From NCBI GenBank assembly GCA_965658895.1, contig CBFHUR010000004.1, positions 67,647 to 131,646 on the forward strand: a DNA stretch of 64,000 nucleotides. Direction: 5' to 3'. A program made the translations under genes and the position numbers. Positions 9,755 to 17,528 of the stretch are shown in pieces. The DNA comes from Candidatus Binatia bacterium. GTDB taxonomy: Bacteria; Desulfobacterota; Binatia; UBA12015. The notes beneath the pieces are model-generated. The model saw nothing but the letters and a program-made list of their open reading frames with translations. It ran no database searches and was not told where the DNA came from. Positions within the stretch are counted from its first letter, which is position 1; every line of letters starts with the position of its first letter.

Positions 9755-10459
9755 ATGCGGACTCTGGTGATTACACCGACCTACAACGAGCGCGAGAACC
9801 TCGAGTTGCTGGCCGAGGCCGTGCTCTCCCAACCCGGCGAGTTGGAGTATCTGATCGTGGACGACAATTCGCCGGACGGGACCGGTGAACTCGCCGACCA
9901 GATCGCCGCTCGCGAACCGCGCTTTCAGGTCCTGCATCGGGCCGGAAAATTGGGCCTGGGCTCCGCCTACCGTGAAGCCTTCCGCAAGGCTCTCGAGGAC
10001 GGCTTTGATGCCGTCATTTCGATGGATGGCGACTGGTCGCATGATCCCTCGTATCTCCCGCAGCTGGCGGCGGCCGCCGAGAATGCCGACCTGGTCATCG
10101 GCTCGCGCTATCTCAACGGCATCAGCGTCGTGAATTGGGAGCTCTCCCGGTTGATCATGAGCAAATTTGCCAATGGCTACGTGCGCGCGATCACGGGCTT
10201 GCCCTTCCAGGACGCAACAGCCGGCTTCCAATGTATTCGCCGCCAGGCGCTGGAGGCCATCGATCTCGATTCGATCACGACCGACGGGTATTCGTTTCTC
10301 GTCGAGCTGAAATACCGCATGCACTACGCCGGGGTCGACGGCGTGGAGGTGCCAATTATCTTCACCCAACGCCGAGCCGGCGCGTCCAAGATTTCGAAGG
10401 CGGAAATTCTGCGCTCCATGTTGACGCCCTGGCGCATGCGCCTCGGTTTTTGGCAATAA
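9755..10459 (+). CDS. GT2 polyprenyl-phosphate sugar synthase (Dpm1/Ppm1-like, polyprenol monophosphomannose synthase-type)
   Basis: ITPTYNEREN...VDDNSPDGT...DGDWSHDP...GFQCIRR is the classic Dpm1 catalytic architecture. The protein is soluble and about 234 aa. Confidence 0.85.
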   Translation: MRTLVITPTYNERENLELLAEAVLSQPGELEYLIVDDNSPDGTGELADQIAAREPRFQVLHRAGKLGLGSAYREAFRKALEDGFDAVISMDGDWSHDPSYLPQLAAAAENADLVIGSRYLNGISVVNWELSRLIMSKFANGYVRAITGLPFQDATAGFQCIRRQALEAIDLDSITTDGYSFLVELKYRMHYAGVDGVEVPIIFTQRRAGASKISKAEILRSMLTPWRMRLGFWQ

Positions 10460-10460
10460 A

Positions 10461-10494
10461 CGGGTCGGTTTCGAGCGAGAATCGCGCTCGACCC
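10461..10494 (+). terminator. Imperfect GC-rich hairpin immediately after the Dpm1-like stop codon
   Basis: A 4-bp outer stem 10462-10465/10491-10494 and a 6-bp inner stem cgagcg 10472-10477/cgctcg 10485-10490, 10 bp in all with a 6-nt bulge (10466-10471) and a 7-nt loop. No U-tract follows. Confidence 0.25.
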
Positions 10495-10602
10495 CCAACA
10501 AACTGCCCTGAAGCCCCTCTCATGGCACTATTTTCGGTAAAACATCGTTCACAAACGGTTTCGCGTATTGACAGGAGCGAGATGGTACCGGATCCTTGAG
10601 TC

Positions 10603-12123
10603 ATGCGGGTTCTCTTCTATTACCGGGGTATCGAGAACATGGGTGTCGGCTATTGCATGTCGATGCTCAAGGCCCACGGCCACGATGTCGATCTGATTTT
10701 CGATCCGGGACTCGACGACAATTTGTTCATCAAATTCCCCCATCTCGCATGGATGAACAAACATCAGGAATTGCTCGAACGCGCGAAAGGCTTCAACCCG
10801 GACCTGATTGCAATGGGTTGCCTGACCAACCTCTACCCTTTTGCCAAGGTGATGGCGGAGAAGCTCAAGCAAACCATGCCCGACGTCCCCATTCTGATGG
10901 GCGGCCACCATGCGCAGGCGCTACCGGGATGGCTGCTCGAGAATGACCCCAATATCGACATGGTCTGCCTCGGCGAAGGCGAGATCGCGATGCTGGAGCT
11001 GGCCAACCGCATGGAACGCGGTGAGGACTACACCGACGTTCCCACCCTCTGGGTGCGCAAGGACGGACTGATTCACCGCAATGCGATGGGTCCGCTCGAG
11101 AATGACCTCGACACCCTCCCGTTTCCCGAAAAGCAGCTCTGGTTCGAGTACGGCTGCTTCAAGGACAATCTGGAAGTCTTCACCGGCCGCGGTTGCCCTT
11201 TCAAATGTACGTTCTGCAACATTCACTACCAGCGGTCGATCTTCAAGGACTCCGGCGACTTCCTGCGCAAGCGATCGATCCCCAACGTGATTGAAGAACT
11301 CAAGCAGAACCTCGCCAAATACGACGTGAAGTACATCTCGGTCCACGACGATAACTTCACGACCAACCCGAAATGGGTTGAAGAATTCTGCGAGCACTAC
11401 CGCAAGGAAATCAACTTGCCCTGGTATTGTTTCGGATACCCGACCACCCTGCGCCCCAAGCTGGTTCAGGCGATGAAGGCCGCCAACTGCCATACCGTCT
11501 TCATGGGCGTGGACTCCGGCGACGCCGACATTCGTCGACATCTGATGGAACGTCCGATGACCGACGAGCTGATCAAGAATGCAGCGAAGAACGTGCTGGA
11601 CGCGGGCATCGGACTGCAGGCCTCCTGTATCTACGGAAACCCGGGCGAAGAACCCGAGCAGATGTTCAAAACGCTGTCGATGATTGACGAGATCCAACCC
11701 TCGCAGTCCTCGGCTTATGTCTTTTATCCCTTCCCCAAGACCAAGATGTACGATGCTTCGGTCGAAATGGGATACCTCGACGAAGAGGGCGAGGAGAAAG
11801 TCCGGCAGGGAATTTCAGGCTATCACCATGAGTCCATCCTGAAGCATCCTCACAAGGAACTTGCGGAAACGCTCGCCAAGATCACACCGGTCTATGCCCG
11901 CTCGCCGAATTTCATGAAGCCGGCGATTCGCTGGATCATCCGGCATCGCATGCGACGGCTCGCCGCCATGCTCTACCTGATCCTGATTCCGATCACCTTC
12001 CCCTACCTCGGGGTCGAAGGAATCAAGGTCACCATCCGCATGGCCTGGAAAGCCATCAGCGGGGCTCGCGGCAAACGCCCGAACTCCGCCGAGGAACCCG
12101 ACGTCACCCAGCAAGCTGCTTGA
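10603..12123 (+). CDS. Cobalamin-binding (class B) radical SAM enzyme, candidate C/O-methyltransferase acting on glycan or lipid
   Basis: N-terminal B12-binding domain (PDLIAMGCLTN...ILMGGHHAQ) and radical SAM cluster motif GRGCPFKCTFCN (CxxxCxxC). Codon and GC composition are visibly lower than in flanking genes. The C-terminus has a hydrophobic tail. Confidence 0.85.
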   Translation: MRVLFYYRGIENMGVGYCMSMLKAHGHDVDLIFDPGLDDNLFIKFPHLAWMNKHQELLERAKGFNPDLIAMGCLTNLYPFAKVMAEKLKQTMPDVPILMGGHHAQALPGWLLENDPNIDMVCLGEGEIAMLELANRMERGEDYTDVPTLWVRKDGLIHRNAMGPLENDLDTLPFPEKQLWFEYGCFKDNLEVFTGRGCPFKCTFCNIHYQRSIFKDSGDFLRKRSIPNVIEELKQNLAKYDVKYISVHDDNFTTNPKWVEEFCEHYRKEINLPWYCFGYPTTLRPKLVQAMKAANCHTVFMGVDSGDADIRRHLMERPMTDELIKNAAKNVLDAGIGLQASCIYGNPGEEPEQMFKTLSMIDEIQPSQSSAYVFYPFPKTKMYDASVEMGYLDEEGEEKVRQGISGYHHESILKHPHKELAETLAKITPVYARSPNFMKPAIRWIIRHRMRRLAAMLYLILIPITFPYLGVEGIKVTIRMAWKAISGARGKRPNSAEEPDVTQQAA

Positions 12124-12148
12124 CGCGCGCCTCGGAGGTTCGCGTCGT

Positions 12149-14116
12149 TCAGCCAGGATCCGCAGGTTCGAGCCGGTAGAGCCCGAGCTGGCCGTGGAAG
12201 GTCTGTATGCGTTGCGGCGGGCCCAGGATCTCGGGTTGTAACCGTGTCAGGGTCGGACTCCAGGAACGAACCAGAACGGGTCGCCATCCACGCAGAAGGT
12301 CTCGCTCGCCCGGCGTGAGCACAACGGGTTGGTCGGACTCGAAAGTCCCTGCAAGATAGAATACCTGCGATTCCCGCTGCAAAAGCGCGCGCAAGGCAGG
12401 CCGGTGCTCTTCGACATCATCCTCGCGAACGACCAGTGTCGCCGGGCCGCCCTCGCCTACCCAGATTGCAGCGGCGAGATGCGTCCAGTCCAGCGGGCGC
12501 GCCAGGACCAGCAAGGCCTCCCCCGGAACCGTCTCGGCAATCTCGGCCGCCAACCTCTGACCTCCTTGTTGGATCGTCTTGCCGGCAAGTGGCGAAAGTC
12601 CGGGTGCCGCCCACAAGACCCCGAGCACAATCAGAACTCCAGCCATTCGCGCCACCAGACGGTTGCGCGACGCCAATGCGCTCACGGCCATCAAGGCCAG
12701 CATGGGCAGCACGGTGACGACCAATCGCCGGGCGGCCCAGATCTGCTCGACCGAAACGCGCCCCGCGAAGACCTGGTCCAGCGATAGCAGAAGGAGCGCC
12801 ACCTCAAGACCACCCAGCGACAAGAAACCCGGCGCGCCCAGAACAAACGGAATCCACAAAACCTTGGGAATATACCAACCGAGAGCCGAGAGTACCGGCT
12901 GATCTCCCTGCGCGGGGGCCAGCAGCAACAACACCAGACTGGCGGCTCCGACGAGGCCGGCAGCACTCCGGATCCCCAGCCCCCGGGTTCGCTTCTCCAG
13001 ACGGCGCACCATCATCAAAAACCCGAGCACGCCCAGCACCAACAAGGACGGCAGAACGTAGCGCAGGATCGGAATGGCGACGTACCCGTCGTTATTGACG
13101 AGAAAGAAAACCATGCGAATCGGCACCGAGTACGCCAGCGCCAGCACCTTCAGAATTCGATTCGTATAATCGGTCGGGAGAAGGAGCAGATCAAAGACCG
13201 CCTGCCCCACCCCCAGAGCCATGATCGCCCATGCCAGAGGCGGGAGGATCCGAACGCGGATGGGAAGGAGCGCCCGTGCGAGGCACAAGGCAGGGATAAA
13301 AACGAAGATCTGCTCGAGTCGCGCCATCGCCGAGACACCCAGAGCCAGACCGCAGAAAAGCGCAGCCGGCAGTTCCCCCTGCTTACCGCGCTCGCGATTG
13401 GCGATCCGTGCCGCAAAGACGCCACCCCATACCAATGCCTGAGTCAGAATCTCCGGCATCAGAAACCGGCTGAAATAATTCTGCGGCATCCAGGAGGCGA
13501 GCAAGGCCAGGGCCGCGGCCGCGCCCAACCATCCTGCCTGATCCTGCGCCAGCAAGCCGATGGCCCATAGCGCCAGAAATGCCAACAGAGGCCCCAACCA
13601 GAGGATTGCCGAGATGCCCCCGCACCAGTCCGCAAAGGCGATCCAGACAATCAACAAATGGGAAAAACTCGGAATTGCGGCCACCGCTTGCTCGTCGGGC
13701 ACCACCAGACCACCGGGGATGCGGGAAAAGGAGACCCGGAACGTCGAGAAGCTTCCCAGCGGGAAAAGCGCGGCACGTTCGACAGCATCCATATCCTCGA
13801 GGCGCGGATCGACAACGCGGATGGTCCCCTCGCGAGCCAGGTGACGCCCCGCAGCCTGATACAGACTCGCATCCTGTGACATCAAGGTGGTCTCGATCCC
13901 CGGCAAGAAGGTCAAGGTCGCCACAAGCGCCAACAAGGGAACCGCAAAATGTCCCATGATGAAACGAGACCGAGTCCACCACACAGTGGCCAGAAACGCG
14001 CCAAGGCCGACCAGCAGCATCGGCATCCCGGTCCAGGCCTCGCGCTCCATCAGCACCATGCCGGTCCATGAAGCCACGCACAGGCCCGCAAGCGCACCAA
14101 AAAATACGGGGATCAC
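12149..14116 (-). CDS. GT-C superfamily membrane glycosyltransferase (ArnT/PMT-like) with C-terminal extracytoplasmic domain
   Basis: 655 aa with about 11-13 predicted TM helices over the N-terminal 430 aa and a soluble C-terminal domain of about 220 aa. It lies in a cluster with polyprenyl-P-sugar synthases. Confidence 0.65.
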   Translation of the reverse strand: MIPVFFGALAGLCVASWTGMVLMEREAWTGMPMLLVGLGAFLATVWWTRSRFIMGHFAVPLLALVATLTFLPGIETTLMSQDASLYQAAGRHLAREGTIRVVDPRLEDMDAVERAALFPLGSFSTFRVSFSRIPGGLVVPDEQAVAAIPSFSHLLIVWIAFADWCGGISAILWLGPLLAFLALWAIGLLAQDQAGWLGAAAALALLASWMPQNYFSRFLMPEILTQALVWGGVFAARIANRERGKQGELPAALFCGLALGVSAMARLEQIFVFIPALCLARALLPIRVRILPPLAWAIMALGVGQAVFDLLLLPTDYTNRILKVLALAYSVPIRMVFFLVNNDGYVAIPILRYVLPSLLVLGVLGFLMMVRRLEKRTRGLGIRSAAGLVGAASLVLLLLAPAQGDQPVLSALGWYIPKVLWIPFVLGAPGFLSLGGLEVALLLLSLDQVFAGRVSVEQIWAARRLVVTVLPMLALMAVSALASRNRLVARMAGVLIVLGVLWAAPGLSPLAGKTIQQGGQRLAAEIAETVPGEALLVLARPLDWTHLAAAIWVGEGGPATLVVREDDVEEHRPALRALLQRESQVFYLAGTFESDQPVVLTPGERDLLRGWRPVLVRSWSPTLTRLQPEILGPPQRIQTFHGQLGLYRLEPADPG

Positions 14117-15000
14117 AACGCTTCGCCTCTGCGGTAGGCCGCGACAAAGGCATTTCCGCGATCGGGTACGCGGAACTGTCGGTCGGCGCGCCCCTGCTCC
14201 GCCCAGCGCCGCAGCATGGCGCCGCTGCGCCCGTCACCCAGCGCACGACTTAATTGAAACAGAAAATTGCGCAGAGACACCTGTCGTCCGATATGACCCA
14301 CGCCCAGAAGATCTCCAAATCCGACATCCGAGGCAAGCCGCGTGAGATTCTTCTGGGAGAAAAAGACCAAATGCTGGGGCGGGTCGAAGAAATACCAACG
14401 GTGGCCCGAGATCCTCGCCAACAGCGCCTGGGTGTCCCCGGTCTCGACGATCAGAACCCCGCCGGGCGAAAGCAGACGTGCGGCCCTTTGCAGCGCTAGT
14501 CGAGGATCTTCAAAATGCTCGATCACGTCAAACATGGTGATGACATCAAAGCTCCCGGCCGGAAGCTCGGCGGTCTCGATGCGACCCGTAATGAGATCCG
14601 CTCCCAGCTCCCGGCGCGCAAAATCGGCGCAATCCGCTGCCGGCTCCAAACCGGTGGCCTCAAAACCGGCCCTTCCGGCGAGGTGAACGAAAAAGCCGTA
14701 GGCAGCGCCCACGTCGAGAAGGCGGCCGCCCGAGGCATAAGATTGAATCCAGTCCAGCCGGTTTGTGAAATTCGCCTCGATCAGGGCCCGGTCCTGCAGA
14801 TAGTCGGCATACCCGTTAGCCGAAGCCTCCGAGAAATAGCTGGCATCATAATCCACCGCTTCCGGAAGCGGGTCCGCCACAGAAATCACTTCGCAAACGA
14901 TGCAGGTAACAAAAGAAAACCCGCGCTTGCGGAAGCGTGCAGTGGTCGCGGCCCCGCAGGCCCTGCATCGGCCCCCTGCACCCTCTCGCCCCATCTCCAT
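14113..15000 (-). CDS. Class I SAM-dependent methyltransferase with N-terminal Cys-rich zinc-ribbon-like segment
   Basis: Motif I LLDVGAAYGFF and motif post-I DVITMFDVIEH. The N-terminus reads CRACGA...CIVC. A 4-nt overlap with the upstream GT-C stop is present. Confidence 0.75.
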   Translation of the reverse strand: MEMGREGAGGRCRACGAATTARFRKRGFSFVTCIVCEVISVADPLPEAVDYDASYFSEASANGYADYLQDRALIEANFTNRLDWIQSYASGGRLLDVGAAYGFFVHLAGRAGFEATGLEPAADCADFARRELGADLITGRIETAELPAGSFDVITMFDVIEHFEDPRLALQRAARLLSPGGVLIVETGDTQALLARISGHRWYFFDPPQHLVFFSQKNLTRLASDVGFGDLLGVGHIGRQVSLRNFLFQLSRALGDGRSGAMLRRWAEQGRADRQFRVPDRGNAFVAAYRRGEAL

Positions 15001-15155
15001 GTGGGGTGTGTATCCCTACATACCGTGCAGGTCGAGGGCACCAGCGCCCCGAACTTCCTGCGCGAGCCCCCAAAGCGGCTCGCGTAGAAAATGACCAGCG
15101 AGCCGGAGTCCACAAAGGAGAAATGTGGAGCAGCCGGAGGTGACGCGGCAGGACG

Positions 15156-16625
15156 CTATGTCGCGGGCGTTGCGAGATCCGACGGAGCCTCGCTGCGTCG
15201 CGCCACGGCAATGACCGACAACCCGATGGGTAAATTCAGTTTTCGCTCCAACCGAAAAAGCGGAACGAGGCGATTGGCTAATCGAGCCTGCAGACCGGGG
15301 ACCGAGGTGCGTCGCAGAACCCGCCCATTCAAGAACCATCCCGGCGTCGAGAGGGCGTTGATCATGAAGTCGGTTTCCAGCGAAAACCCCTCGCGTTCGA
15401 GCAGCGAGCGCAGAGAAGATCGCGCGTAACGGCGATAGTGCCCGATTGCTGAATCCATGGCACCAAACAGGAATTGATGCGCCGGGACCAGAAGGATCAA
15501 TCTGCCATCCTCTTCCAGAACCTCTCGCATGCGTCGCAAAGCCGCTCCATCATCCTCGATATGCTCGAGGACGTTCAGACAGATGACCGTGTCGAAGCGC
15601 TCGGCGGCGACGTCCGCCGGGACCGGGCGATCGAGATCGAATGCACCGGTCCGGATCTGCGGGTCGTTCTCGAAGCGTCGCTCGAGCAACTGCAGGTATT
15701 GGGGGTCCACTTCGGTCGCACAAACGCGCTCGCGGCCGCGCAGAAATTGAGTGATCGTTCCTGTCCCCGCGCCGACCTCCAGAATCCGTTTCCCGACAAA
15801 TGGGGCCAATACCTCAAAGAGGAACGAATTGTATCGATCAAGAACCGCCATCCGGCGCAGCGTCGCATGCAGGGGGTCGGTGGCTTCCCGATCGTCGATC
15901 AAGGCACAGCGAAACATTGTATAGACAGCCGAAACGGCGTCTTTCCAGCCGATCTTCTTTCCTTCCGAATACGACCGTCCGCTATAAGAGATGGGCACTT
16001 CATAGATCCGGGCCCGCAACCGCGCCAACTTCGCGGTAATTTCCGGCTCGATACCGAAACGAGCCGATCGCAGAACCATGGTTTCCACCAACTCCCGACG
16101 AATGGCCTTGTAGCCGGTCTCCATGTCGGTGAGATTGAGGTTGCAGAGCATGTTGGACAACAACGTCAGCAAACGGTTGCCCACCGTGTGCCAGAACATA
16201 TGCACGCGGCGCGGATAACCGGCAAATCGTGACCCATAGACCGCATCGGCACGGCCATCGTAGAGGGGCACAAGCAGTTTCTCGTAATCCTGAGGATCAT
16301 ATTCCAGATCGGCATCCTGCGTGAGGAAAATATCCCCTGTGGCTGCCGCAAAACCGGTCCGGAGAGCACAACCCTTGCCCTGATTGATTTCATGTTGGAG
16401 AAAGACGATCCGCGGCAAGGCGCGCGGCGCCTCGGCCAACAAGGCAGGCCAGCCTTCTGCATCCTGTTGCCGAAGGAGCTCGGCTGTACCATCGGCGGAA
16501 CAATCATCGACGATGACCATCTCATAGACCTCGGGATGATGGGCCACGCGACACAGCAATTCCAGGATGGTTGCGTGTTCGTCATAGACGGGAATGATCA
16601 CGCTCAACGTCATCGATTCATTCAT
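15156..16625 (-). CDS. Bifunctional GT2 glycosyltransferase / SAM-dependent methyltransferase fusion
   Basis: The N-terminal half reads LSVIIPVYDE...VDDCSADGT...DADLEYDP (GT2 DxD). The C-terminal half has ILEVGAGTG...VICLNVLEHIED (MTase motifs I and II). Start is taken at MNESMTLSVII. Confidence 0.8.
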   Translation of the reverse strand: MNESMTLSVIIPVYDEHATILELLCRVAHHPEVYEMVIVDDCSADGTAELLRQQDAEGWPALLAEAPRALPRIVFLQHEINQGKGCALRTGFAAATGDIFLTQDADLEYDPQDYEKLLVPLYDGRADAVYGSRFAGYPRRVHMFWHTVGNRLLTLLSNMLCNLNLTDMETGYKAIRRELVETMVLRSARFGIEPEITAKLARLRARIYEVPISYSGRSYSEGKKIGWKDAVSAVYTMFRCALIDDREATDPLHATLRRMAVLDRYNSFLFEVLAPFVGKRILEVGAGTGTITQFLRGRERVCATEVDPQYLQLLERRFENDPQIRTGAFDLDRPVPADVAAERFDTVICLNVLEHIEDDGAALRRMREVLEEDGRLILLVPAHQFLFGAMDSAIGHYRRYARSSLRSLLEREGFSLETDFMINALSTPGWFLNGRVLRRTSVPGLQARLANRLVPLFRLERKLNLPIGLSVIAVARRSEAPSDLATPAT

Positions 16626-16676
16626 AGCGCACTCCCGCATCGGGAATCCCGAGGTCGGAGACGGCCGCCATCGGCA

Positions 16677-17528
16677 TCAGACCTCCGCCTTTCGATAGGC
16701 GATTGCCAACAAATCAATCCATTGCGGCGGCTCGGTCTCGGCAATCTCGAATTCGGAAGCCTGCAGGTCGACCAGCGTGGCATCGTTGGCGGCGACACGG
16801 GAACGGACCAGCAAGGCCAGTCGAGAGAAAAGAAACTTGATGATACTTTCCGGAAGGAGATTCCGCAGACCAAGCGGATCAAGGCGCAAAATCCGTTGCG
16901 CCTGAGCACCCCGAGCACGCTCGAAGGCATAGACGCGATCACTTCCCACAACTCCCTTGACCGAGACTGTATCGAAGAAGGGCGCGAGCGTCTCGCCCAG
17001 TTCATCCGCGACGTATTCGTGCACGTGATAAGGGTTCTCCGAAACACTGGCCAGTCGATTGGGTGTTGTCAGAATCAAACATCCGCCCGGTTTCAAACAC
17101 GCGGCAGCGGCCTGCAGGAAGGGCGACGGGTCCTCGAGATGCTCGAGCACCTGAAAATTCGTGACAGCATCGAAACGACCCGGATCACGTTCCGCCAACT
17201 CCAGCAGGTCCACTTCCCGAAATTCGAGATTCGGGCCGGAGTGCCGCTCACGAGCCATGCCGAGAGCGACCGCATTGTAGTCGATCCCGACCACGCGGGC
17301 GGCATGTTGGGCCATCATGGCAGCGCCATAACCCTCTCCGCAGCCAGCCTCGAGGATCTCCTTGCCCGCGACCAGGGGACCGACCAGATGATACGCCGCG
17401 AGATGACGGGCCATATCCGGAGCAAAACGCACATCCTCGGCCGCCAGACGCTCCCCGGTGTATCCCTCCGGGGCGGAAAGACCACCCGCTTTTGCCGCTT
17501 CCGCCGCTTTATCCGTCGCTTCGCTCAC
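16677..17528 (-). CDS. Class I SAM-dependent methyltransferase
   Basis: EILEAGCGEGYG (motif I) and DAVTNFQVLEHLEDP. A GTG start at 17528 forms a GTGA overlap with the upstream stop. The longer ATG ORF would overlap the upstream gene by 88 nt. Confidence 0.7.
   Translation of the reverse strand: MSEATDKAAEAAKAGGLSAPEGYTGERLAAEDVRFAPDMARHLAAYHLVGPLVAGKEILEAGCGEGYGAAMMAQHAARVVGIDYNAVALGMARERHSGPNLEFREVDLLELAERDPGRFDAVTNFQVLEHLEDPSPFLQAAAACLKPGGCLILTTPNRLASVSENPYHVHEYVADELGETLAPFFDTVSVKGVVGSDRVYAFERARGAQAQRILRLDPLGLRNLLPESIIKFLFSRLALLVRSRVAANDATLVDLQASEFEIAETEPPQWIDLLAIAYRKAEV

Noticed and set aside
10460-10602. Possible cobalamin riboswitch upstream of the B12-radical-SAM gene
   Set aside because: The spacer is only 143 nt and lacks a B12-box (GCCACTG-like) or the conserved riboswitch core. 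Only a short imperfect hairpin is present.
12149-14116. Possibility that the 655-aa polytopic protein is an O-antigen ligase or polymerase (Wzy/WaaL) rather than GT-C
   Set aside because: It has a large C-terminal soluble domain and an ArnT/PMT-like helix count. It lacks the short periplasmic-loop Wzy pattern. This is still uncertain without HMM support, so it is called GT-C with moderate confidence only.
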